Part shown: piece after piece, positions 41,215 to 57,043 of the stretch | Layout: every line of letters starts with the position of its first letter | How positions within the stretch are numbered: position 1 is the stretch's first letter | NCBI RefSeq assembly: GCF_009914755.1 | Contig: NC_060930.1 | DNA from: the human T2T-CHM13v2.0 reference genome, Homo sapiens | Reading direction: 5' to 3' (one strand) | DNA length: 64,000 nt | Made by a program: the position numbers and the translations under genes | Notes under the pieces: model-generated | Database searches by the model: none | What the model was told of the DNA's origin: nothing | What the model saw: only the letters and a program-made list of their open reading frames with translations

Positions 41215-42940
41215 ATGGAGTTCTTTTGTTGGTTTGGGGGTTTCTGGAGGTGGCTGCTTAATATGATTAGACCCAAAAATGCTAAGGACTCTACTTCTAA
41301 TAGTATGGAGAACACTGATAGTCCTTGGCATAAACTGTTTAGAGAGTCATGGAAAATAAATGCATTTGACACTCCCGATTCACTGCTTGTGAGAGGTAAG
41401 GAGTTCAGTGACTCTATACACAATGTCTTTGACCATATGTGGAGAACCAAGGAACATAATGAAGCTGGTTGGTTGCTCCTAAGTTCAGTGGACAAAGTGA
41501 TGAAAGAAAATGATGAACTCAGGGATTCTGTCTCCCAGCTTCAGAAGCAGATACTGAGCCTCAAATATGCTAAGATTGCCCTGAGTGAGAGTCTTATCTC
41601 CTGTAGAGAAAGAGCTGAAATTGTGGAAAAACAGACACAAGCTCTTATCATGTGAGTGGCTGACCTGCAATGAAAGGTGCATGCACAGCCTTGCCAGGTG
41701 TCTACTGTTAAAATGAGAGCATTGATTGGAAAAGAATGGGACCCCGCAACTTGGAATGGGAACATGTGGGAAGGACCCTGATGAAGCTGGGGACGCTGAG
41801 TTTGTAAACTCTGATGAACCTTTTTTGCCAGAAGGTACAGCTTCCCCATCCCTGCCAAACTCATGCTGCCATCAGCCTTTCCATCTTTGTCTGAGGAGAT
41901 AAACCCTGCACTGCCTAAGGCAACAGTGATGGCCTCCCCTGAGGCAGTTGCCAGGCAAGATAATGTTGATTCTCCTCAGAAGCCACCCCCAATACCTCTG
42001 TTTGCTTCTAGACCTGTAACTAAAGTCCTGGTGGGCCCCTAGAGGTAAGATTGAGAGTGTGGCCCATGAGGAGTGTGCTACACTCAAATAATTGTTTGAG
42101 TTCTCTAATTTATATAAATAGCAACCTGGAGAACAGGCATGGGAATAAATGTTAAGGGCATGGGATAATGGTGGAAGAAACACAGAGTTGGATGAGGCTG
42201 AATTTATTGATTTGGGCACACTAAGTAGAGACTCTGCGTTTAATGTTGCAGCTTAGGGAGTTAAAATGGTTCTAATAGTTTATTTGCTTGGTTAGATGAA
42301 ATATGGATTAAAAGATGGCTCACTGTGAGTGAGCTGGAAATGCCTGATCTCCCTTGGTTTAATGTAGAGGAAGGGATCAAAAGGCTTACGGAGATTGGGA
42401 TGGTGGAGTGGATTAGTCACTTTAGAACTACTCATCCCAGCTGGGAGGGTCCAGAAGATATACTGTCGATCGATGTCTTGTGAAATAGATTTTTGAGGGC
42501 AGCACCTGAATCTTTGAAGAGTCCTGTAATTGCTCTTCTCTGTATGTCAGATCTAATTATGGGAACCACAGTCACTCAACTACAAAACTTAAATACAACT
42601 GGAATAATTGGATCCCAACAGGACAGGACCAAGTGTTGGCACTCGACCATCAAAGGCAAGGTGGGCATAGCTACCATAATGGACAGCAGAGGCAAAGCAG
42701 CAATCAGAATAGTCTGACTCGCGTAGAGCTTTGGCAGTGGCTAACTAATCACGGTGTTCCTAGAAGTGAAACTGATAGGAATCCTGCTGCATTCCTACTT
42801 AATTTATACAAACAAACAGAAATCTTCTAGGTCAAATGGACAAAAGACTAATTAGAATTATAAAAACTGAGAATCATGGCCCCTCAATCAATTTTCAGAC
42901 TTGGGCCAGTTTACAGACTCAGAACCCCTTGAATGAAGGG
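41215..42940 (+). pseudogene. gag: HERV-L gag relic
   Basis: ORF pieces 41215-41655, 42493-42717, 42633-42830 (ELWQWLTNHGVPRSE); several stops and frameshifts. Confidence 0.85.
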
Positions 42941-43019
42941 GAGGCTGGGTCCCCTTGAGGAAGGACCTCACTACATTACCAACAATTTATGCAGTGAATC
43001 CTTCCCCAGGGAGACCCCT

Positions 43020-45790
43020 GGACTTTTATCAGGGTAACTGTGCAACGAGGAAAGGGAAATGATCAGACATTTGGGGACTACTGGACACTGGCTCTGAGCT
43101 GACATTGATTCCAGGGGACCCAAAACGTCATTGTGGTCCTCCAGTTAAAGTAAGGGCTTATGGAGGTCAGGTAATTAATGGAGTTTTGGATCAGGTCCAA
43201 CTTACAGTGGGTCCAGTGGGTCCTCAAACTCATCCTGTGGTCATTTCTGAGTGCCAGAATGCATAATTGGCATAGACATACTTAGCAGCTGGCATATCCC
43301 CCATATTGGCTCCCTGACTGGTAGGAGGAAGGCTATTATGGTGGGAAAGGCCAAATGGAAGCCACTAGCGTTGCCTCTACCTAGAAAAATAGTAAATCAA
43401 AACCTGTATTGCATCCCTGGAGGGATTGCAGAGATTAGTGCCACCATCAAGGACTTGAAAGACTCAGGGGTGGTGATTCCCACCACATCTCTGTTCAATT
43501 CTTCCACTTGACCTGTGCAAAAAACAGATGGATCTTGGGGAATGATGACGGATTATCATAAGCTTAACCAAGTGGAGACTCCAACTGTAGCTGCTGTACA
43601 GATATGATTTCATTGTTTGAGAAAATTAACACACCTCCTGGTACCTGGCATGCAGCCATTGACATGGAAATGCCTTTTTCTCCTTTGTCTATAAGGCCCA
43701 CCAGTAGCAATTTGCCTTTAGCTGGCAAGGCCAGCAATATACCTTTACTGTCCTACCTCAGGGATGTATCAACTCTCTGCCTTTGTGTCATAATCTTATT
43801 CAGAGATAACTTGATTGTTTTTCACTTCCACAAGATATCATGCTGGTCCATTACATTGATGACATTATGCTGACTGGATCCAGTGAGCAAGAAGTAGCAA
43901 ACACACTGGACTTACTGGTGAGACATCTGCATGCCAGATGATGGGAAATAAATCTGTCTAAAATTCAGGGAACTTCTACCTCAGTAAAATTTCTAGGGGT
44001 CCAGTGGTGTGGGACCTGTTAAGATATTCCTTCTAAGGTAAAGGATAAGTTGCTGCATTTGGCCCCTCCTACAATCAATAAAGAGGCACAACAACTAGTG
44101 GGCCTATTTGGATTTTGGAAGCAACACATTCCTCATTTGGGTGTGTTACTCCAGCTCATTTATCAACTGACCCTGGACCCTGCCAGTTTTGAGTGGGGTC
44201 CAGAACAGGAGAAGGCTCTGCAACAGGTCCAGGCTGCTGTGCAAGCTGCTCTGTCACTTGGGCCATATGACCCAGCAGATCCAATGGTGCTTGAGGTGTC
44301 AGTGGCAAATAGGGATGCTATTTGGAGCCTTTGGCAGGCTCCCAAAGGTGAATCGCAGCAGAGGTCTCTAGGATTTTGGAGCAAGGCCCGGCCATCTTCT
44401 GCAGATAACTACTCTCCCTTTCAGAAACAGTTCTTGGCCTGTTACTGGGCTTTGGTAGAAACTGAACCTTCAACTGTGGGTCATCAAGTCACCATGTGAC
44501 CTGAACTGCCTGTCATGAACTGGGTGCTTTTTGACCCATCTAGCCATAAAATGGGTCATGCATGGCAGTATTTTATCATCAAATGGAAGTGACATATATG
44601 TGATCAGGCTTGAGCAGGTCCTGAAGGCACAAGTAAGTTACATGAAAAAGTGGCTCAAATGCCCATGGTCTCCACTTCTGCAACCCTGCCTTCTCTCTCC
44701 TAGCCTGCACAATGGCCGTATTGGGAGTTCCCTATGATCAGTTGACAGAGGAAGAGAAGACTAGGTCCTGATTTATAGATGGTTCTTCACGATATGCAGG
44801 CACCACTGAAAGTGGACAGCTGCAGCACTACAGCCCCTTTCAAGGACATCCCTAAAGAACAGCGGTAAAGGGGAATCTTCCCAGTAGGAAGAACTTTGAG
44901 CAGAGCATTTTGTTGTGCACTTTGCGTGGAAAAAGAAATGGCCAGATGTGCGATTATATACTGATTTATGGCCTATAGCCAGTGGTTTAGCTTGATTTTA
45001 ATAATCAAGTAGATAAAATGACCTGTTCTCTGGACACCACTTAGCCTCTTTCTCCAGCCTCCCCTGTCATCACCCAATGAGTCCATGAAAATGTGGCCAT
45101 GGTGGCAGGGATGGAGGTTACACACAGGCTCAGCAACATGGACTTCCACTCAAGAAGGCTGACCTAGCTATAGAGGGCACTGCTGAGTGCCCAATTTGCC
45201 AACAGCAGAGACCAACACTGAGCCCTCAATACGGCATCATTCCTTGGGGTGATCAGCCAGCTACCTGGTGGCAGGTTGATTACATTGGACTTTTTCCATC
45301 AGGGAAAGGGCAGAGATTTGTCCTCACTGAAAGAGACACTTACTCATGGGTTTACCTATCCTGCACACAATGCTTCTGCCAAGACTACCATCCATGGATG
45401 CACAGAATGCCTTACCCACCCTCATGTTATTCCACACAGCATTGCCTCTGAACAAGACACTCACTTTACAGCTAAAGAAGTGTGGCAATGGGCTCATGGT
45501 AATGGAATTCACTGGTCTTACCATGTTCCCCATCATCCTGAAATAGCTAGATTGATAGAATGGTGGAATGGCCTTTTGAAATCACAAGTACAATGCCACC
45601 TAGGTGACAATACTTTGCAGGGCTGGGGCAAAGTTCTCCAGAAGGCCGTGTATGCTCTGAACCAGTATCCAATATATGGTACTGTTTCTCCCATAGCCAG
45701 GATTCATGGGTCCAGGAATCAAGGGGTAGAAGTGGAAGTGGCACCACTCACCATCACCCCTAGTGATCCACTAGCAAAATGTTTGTTTCC
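43020..45790 (+). pseudogene. pol: HERV-L pro-pol relic (protease, RT, RNase H, integrase)
   Basis: LDTG 43081-43092; LPQG 43753-43764 in frame with YIDD 43852-43863 (a stop lies between); CPIC zinc finger ~45187; integrase core in ORF 45249-45932. Confidence 0.92.
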
Positions 45791-46150
45791 TGTTCCCAAG
45801 ACATTATGTGCTGCTTGCCTAGAGGTCTTACTTCCAGGGGGAGGAATGCTGCCACCAGGAGACACAACAACGATTCCATTAAACTGGGTGTTAAGATTGC
45901 CACCTGAACACTTTGGGCTTCCCCTACCTTAAATCAACAGGCTAAGAAGGGAGTTACAGTGTTGACTGGGGTGACTGACCCAGACAATCAAGATAAAATC
46001 AGTTTACTATTACACAACGGAGGTAAGGAAGAGTATGCATGGAATACAGGAGATCCATTAGGGTGTCCCTTAGTATTACCATGTCCTGTGATTAAGGTCA
46101 ATGGGAAACTACAACAGCCCAATCCAGGCAGGACTACAAATGACCCAGAC
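45790..46150 (+). pseudogene. HERV-L dUTPase relic downstream of integrase
   Basis: LPPGDTTTIPLNW.LRLPP.HFGL and GVTDPDNQDKISLLLHNGG; position after IN is characteristic of ERV-L. Confidence 0.8.
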
Positions 46151-46615
46151 CCTTCAGGAATGAAGGTTTTGGTCAGTCCACCAGGAAAAAAAAAAAAACA
46201 TGACCTGCTGAGGTGCTTGCTGAAGCCAAAGGAAATACAGAATGGGTAGTAGAAGGTAGTCATCAATACCAGCTATAACCACATGACCAGCTGCAGAAAC
46301 AAGGACTGTAATTGTCATGAGTATTTCTTCCTTCTTCTGTTAAAAACATGTCTGGGAATGTATACACTTGCACTAAGAAAATGTCTTCATTGTATTTCCT
46401 TTCTTCTTTATCACGTGATAAAAGATTTATTGAGATCATATCAGCATTTAAGTATTGTTAACTTTATGTAAGAGTATTTGGGTTGGGGATTGGTGCATTT
46501 CTGGTTGTATAAAGGATAGTTGTACTATGTTAGGCATAATTATGATGTCTTTATTTGAAGATTATGGTATGATCTCAGGAGATGTGTATTGGTTCAAGAT
46601 GACAAGGGGTGGACT

Positions 46616-46894
46616 TGTGATGGTGAATACTCGGTGTCAACTTGATTGGATTGAAGGACACAAAGTATTGATCCTGGATGTGTCTGTGAGGGTGTTGCCA
46701 AAAGAGATTAACATTTAAGAAAGTGGGTTGGTGAAGGCAGATCTACCCTTAATCTCATGGACACAATCTAATCAGCTACCAGCAAATAGAAAGCAGGCAG
46801 AAAAACAGGAAAAGGAGAGACAGGCCTAGCCTCCAGTCTACATCTTTCTCCTGTGCTGGTTGCTTCTTGCCCTCGAACATCAGACTCCAAGTTC

Positions 46895-46945
<51 letters not shown>

Positions 46946-46988
46946 CTCCTATTAGTTCTGTCCTTCTAAGAGAACCCTGACTAATAGA
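46616..46988 (+). mobile_element. 3' LTR, MLT2A1-like, internally deleted, with (TG)n
   Basis: Preceded by PPT-like gacaaggggtggact; matches the 5' LTR except for a ~100 bp segment replaced by (TG)n at ~46897-46942. Confidence 0.95.
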
Positions 46989-49223
46989 GTGTCTTTTTCT
47001 GGTGTTAGTGTCAGGGTGATGCTGCCCTCACAAGGAGTTAAGAAATAGTCATTCTTCTGTTTTTTGGAAAAATTTGAGGAGGATTTTTATTCATTCCTCT
47101 TTAAATGATTGGTAGAACTCACCTGTATAGCCATCTGGTCCTGGGCTTTTCTTTGTTGAGAGATTTCTGATTATTGATTCCATCTCTGTATTTTTACTGG
47201 TCTGTTTAGGCTTCTTATGTCTTCCTGATTTAATCTTGATAGGTTGTATGTTTCTAGAAATGTATCTCTTTCTTATAGATTGTCCAGTTTGTGGGCTTCA
47301 ATTCTTTATAAGTCCCTTATGATCCGTTTTATTTCTATAGCATCTGTTTTAATGTTTTGTCTTTCATTTCAGATTATATATGTTTTTGTCTTCTCTCTTT
47401 TTTTTCTAGTCCAGCTAAGGGTTTGTCAACTTACCTTTTTAAAGAACCAACTCTTAGTTTTGTCCATTTCTTCTACTAGTTTTCTATTCTCTATTTCTCT
47501 TATTTCTTGCTAAATTTGTTGTATTTCTTTTTCTAGTTCATTGAGGTGTGAAATTAGCTTGTTTATTTGAAGTCCATTTTTAAATACAGGCATTTATTGC
47601 TATGAACTCTCTTAGTACTATTTTGCTGCATTCTATAACTTTAGGTATGTTGTGCTTTTATAATTTATCTTGAGATTTTTTATAATTTCCCTTTTGATTT
47701 CTTCTTTGACTCAACAGATGTTCAAGAATGTGTAATTTAATTTCCATGTATTTGAGAATTTTTCTATTTTCCTCTTGTTACTGATTTCTAGTTTTATTCC
47801 TTTGTTGTCAGAAAAGATACTTGGGATGATTTTATTCAACTTTTGTCACACCTAGCAGACCTACCATGTGTTCTATCTTAAAGAATGTTCTATGTGCACT
47901 TGTAAAGAATATGTATTTGTCTTCTATTAAATTGAATGGTTTGTATGTGTTTGTTAGGTCCATCATTTAGTCTACAATGTCAAATTTAATGTTTTCTTAT
48001 TGATTTTCTGACTGGATGACTGTCAATTATTGTAAATGAGGTATTGAAGTCTTTAACTATTATTGAATTGCTGTCCATTTCTCCCTTCAGATCTGTCAGT
48101 GTTTGCTTAGTATATTTGGTTCTCTGATGTTAGATGAATATACATTTTTATTGTTACATCTTTGTGTGAAATTTATTCTTTATCATTAGGTATTCACCTT
48201 ATGTCTCTTATGGTAGTGTTTGACTTCAAGTGTATTTTGTCTGATATGGATATAGACACCTCTACTCTTTAGCATTTGCATGGAATATCTTTTTCATCCC
48301 TTTACTTTAGCCATGTGTGTGCTTAAAGCTAATGTGGGTCTCTTGTAGACAGCATGTAGTTGGATCCCTATTTTTCATCCATTCAGTCACTCCATGTTTT
48401 GATTCGGCCATTTAATACATTTATTTTTAAAGTAATTATTGTCAGGTAAGTTCTTACTGCTTCATTTTGTTGCTTTCTGTGTGTTTTGTAGTTCCTTTTT
48501 CATTTCTGCCTTTCTTACTGTCTTATGATTTGATGATTTTTGTAGTAATATATTTTGATTATTTTTATATTCTCATTGCCATTTTCAGTTTTTTTGTGAC
48601 TGCCTATAGACATGCACAAAACTTCTTGTTATAAAAGTATAGTTTGAGCTGGTAACAACTTTAATGGCATACAAAAACTGTATACTTCTATCATTTTGAG
48701 TTTTTTGTCAAGAAGTTCATAGATTTCTAATTTTTAGGGTTCATTACTAGAAGTTTCTTTTATCCCTTGAGTGGTGTCATGTTTCTGATTCTTCATTATT
48801 TTTGTAGCTTTGATGTGTGTATATTTGAAAAAGTAGTCACCTTTTCCATTCTTTACTGACTGGCTTTGTCAGCCAAAGACCCTCATCAGTCAGCACAGCC
48901 ACAGATTCTGGGTAGGCTGAGTGGCAGGGTACAAGGGCAGGCCTGCTGCTGGGGTCCATGAATGTGAATGCCTGGCATTGGTTCCTTTTGGGTTCCCTGA
49001 AACATGAGTCCATGGAGGTGGTCCTGGAGCTTGGATCTGCAGGGGTGGGCCTGGTGCCAGGATCCCCTGGGGTAAGTCTGGCACATGGGAATGGGCCTGG
49101 CACTTCAATTCACTAGGTTGGGCCTGGGACCAGTGTCCATGACAAGATAAAATGCTCACTTCACTCTCTTTCCCCCATGGGAGAATTCCTAGGATGAAGG
49201 GATCTTTGTTGATACTGCACAGT
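46989..49223 (-). mobile_element. L1MA continuation (ORF2 5' half, then GC-richer 5' region)
   Basis: cagggtgatgctgccctca...gccatctggtcctgggcttttctttgttg antisense ORF2. Confidence 0.85.
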
Positions 49224-49605
49224 TATCTGAGTTCATTTTCTGTTGCTCATGACAGAATATCTGAAACTGGGTGATTTATAAATGAATAACATTTACTTCT
49301 TAAAATTATGAAGACTGGAAAATCCAAGGTCAAGGGACCATATCTATTGACGGCCTTCCTGCTGGCAGGTACTCTTTGCAGAGTCCCAAGGTGATACAGG
49401 GAATCATATGGCTAGGGAGCTGAGTGTGCTATCTCAGGTTTCACTTCCTCTTCTTCTAATGTCATCAGTTCTATCCCCATAGCAACCCATTAATTCATTA
49501 ATCTATGAATGAATCCATTCATGGGGGCAGAGTCCTTTGACCCAATAACATCTTTAAGGCTCCACCACTTAATACTGTCACATTGGGGATTAAATTTCAA
49601 CATGA

Positions 49606-53081
<3,476 letters not shown>

Positions 53082-53329
53082 AGAAGGGACAAATATTCAA
53101 ACCATAGCAAGGGTTTTGGGAAGGAGGGATTGAGTAAAGTGAAACTGTCTTTCCTAGCCTCTTTAGTATGTCTTTTATCTCTATGCTCCACCTGGATTTT
53201 ATAATCTGTCACCTGGATTCTGGAGCACTCATGAAGATACTGTGATTCATGGATGGTTGTCAAATTTGTTTTCTCTAGGGGAACAAGGCTATAACTTCCT
53301 GTTCTACCATCTGCTGATGTCACACTCCT

Positions 53330-53770
53330 AAATGGTACTGTTTTACAATTGATTTTTATATATTAATTTTGTGTTCTAAGATGTTGTAAACATATTATTC
53401 TAAGGAACTTTTTTGTAAATTCTTAAGGACTTGCTTTGTGATCAATTATGATGTCTACGAATAGAATTTGTTTTATTTCTTTCTTTTCAATCTCTATATA
53501 CTTAGATTTTTTGCCTTGTCTTATTACATAACATATTCAATACAATAAATAGGCTTGGTAATAGTAGATATCCCTGCCTTGTCTCTAATCTTAAGACAAT
53601 GTTGTTCAGTCTTCCACTGTTAAGTATGATGTTAATTATAGGCTTTTTGTAAATATACTATGTCAAATCGGGGAATTTCTCTTCTCTTCCTAATTTGATG
53701 AAGGTTTTTATGATAAATTAATGTTTATTGTTTTCACATGCTTTCTCTGCTTCTATTTAGATTATAAGTG
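53330..53770 (-). mobile_element. Old L1M fragment
   Basis: aattgatttttatatattaattttg...cagtcttccactgttaagtatgatgtta...gctttctctgcttctatt. Confidence 0.7.
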
Positions 53771-53842
53771 ATAATATATTAAGGATTAAAATAGAGTCAG
53801 TGTGGCTGAAACATAATGTACAGATTTAGAAAATAAACCTTG

Positions 53843-55331
<1,489 letters not shown>

Positions 55332-55499
55332 AGAAAATAAACCTTGGTCATTGGTAGTTCTCTTTGATTGCTGCCCTTTTTTCTTCTCTCTTTCTCAGGA
55401 CTTCCAAATGTTTTCTTCAAGACAATGGCAATGAAACGAGATATTCAAAATCCCTATTAGCAAAACTAATTCAAAAATTATTTAGTGCCATTGCAATAA

Positions 55500-55760
55500 T
55501 TATTTATTCAGCATGTGGTTTTAAGTAGATGCTATGCTCTACGCACTGAGATTTTTTTGAAAAACCAACAGCATACATTACATGATCCCTGCCCTTTAGA
55601 AGCTAATGGCTTAGTTGGAAAGGCTTACTAGAAATGGTTCAATTTCAGTAGACTGTGTCAAACACCAAGGTAGGAGTACATAAAAGAGTGTTAGAAGACA
55701 TAGAAGAGACAACTAATTAAGGGTTAAGGGGTCGAAGATGGCTTCATGAAAAGAGTGGGA
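55500..55760 (-). mobile_element. L2 fragment
   Basis: catgatccctgccctttagaagctaatggcttagttgg, antisense L2 3' motif. Confidence 0.6.
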
Positions 55761-55929
55761 GGTATTAATAGAAGACTACTATTTACTTATGCTATTTGTG
55801 TAAACTTATTTGAATGTTCATAAAGGTCATTGAGCTTCATCACGAAATTTTGATAAGTTAATGTAGGTTTAAGTTTTAGAAAAATAATTACTACTATTAT
55901 TACTATTGATTACTTTCATGTCTTTAAAT

Positions 55930-56610
55930 TTTTAAATAAGATTTTTCTTATTGTAAAAGCGATATAAATTCACTGTAGAATTTTGAACACTCAAAAATAA
56001 TAAACACAATAAAATGACATTCTTAACTTTAATCCTTAAATGTAACTAATCTGAATATTTACTATACGCTTTTTATCCATTAATACATATATAGATTAAT
56101 GTGGTGATATAGTGATTCTTACTTGCTTATATATCTATTGCATGTACAATAATAACTATTTTCCAGTATCATATTAATGTGCTGTAAAATGCAAGTTTGA
56201 TGATTGTAGAATATCCAGTAGATGAATATACCACAATTTGTTTCACCAGGCCCCAGTTATGGGGCACTTAAGTTCTTTCCATTTGTAAATGTATAAATAG
56301 CATGGTGATTTGCATTTTTGAAATTAAATCTTCACATGCATTTTTAATTTTTTTCAGGGTAATTGTTAAAGTTTATTGATTTAGTAAAAAGTAATAATAT
56401 TATAGAAATTTTGCTTGTCAAATTTCCCTCCAGAGAAAACCATACTGAGGTATCTTTCTCCCAGTAGCTATGTCAAAAATTAACATTTTTTATTTCAGCA
56501 GCACACCTTCATTGACATTGTTTATTACAAATTGTTTTAATTGCCAGAATTTTTGTTTAAAAGGACATTCTATTGTTTAAACTTGCATTGTTCTGATTAT
56601 TAGAGTTTTC
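55930..56610 (-). mobile_element. L1ME-like 3' fragment
   Basis: gatgaatataccacaatttg...ggggcacttaagttctttccattt...gtcaaatttccctccagaga. Confidence 0.65.
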
Positions 56611-56937
56611 TGGAGTTTGGCCAGCAAAATTAAAATGTATAGTAATAAAGTAATGCTACTGAGTTTAACCTGTTACTTCTGGAAATTTTTCCCATAACAT
56701 TATAGCCATACTATTTTCATAAACATCGTGTAACTATTAAAACCTGTTCTTAATTGTAATGTTTTTATGTTCACACATTGGATACAGAATAATAATATTT
56801 TTTATTTAAAACAATCTTAAATTTTTCAACCACTAGAAATATGAAAGGCATTGTATTTCTGAAAATACAGTTTTCCCAAGTAATAAAAAATTATTTTCAA
56901 TGGACATATCTTAAATCGTACTTGAAACTCTACAAGC

Positions 56938-57043
56938 GGGGGTGGAGCCAAGATGGCCGAATAGGAACAGCTCCAGTCTACAGCTCCCAGCGTGAGTGAC
57001 GCAGAAGACGGGTGATTTCTGCATTTCCTCAAAAAAAAAAAAA
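56938..57043 (+). mobile_element. L1 5'UTR-only retrocopy (first ~93 nt) + poly(A)
   Basis: gggggtggagccaagatggccgaatagg...gatttctgcatttcctc-A13; perfect 14-bp TSD aaactctacaagcg (56925-56938, 57044-57057). Confidence 0.95.
56949..56958 (+). promoter_or_regulatory. YY1 site of the L1 internal promoter
   Basis: caagatggcc at the canonical position near the L1 5' end. Confidence 0.8.

Larger units (their letters stand above)
40709..46988 (+). mobile_element. HERV-L provirus (MLT2A1-type LTRs), defective, no env
   Basis: LTR-PBS-gag-pro-RT-RH-IN-dUTPase-PPT-LTR order; diverged TSD atttc/gtgtc; host L1 resumes after it. Confidence 0.96.

Noticed and set aside
46150-46615. Possible env between dUTPase and the 3' LTR
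   Set aside because: Too short and has no env motifs; HERV-L lacks env.
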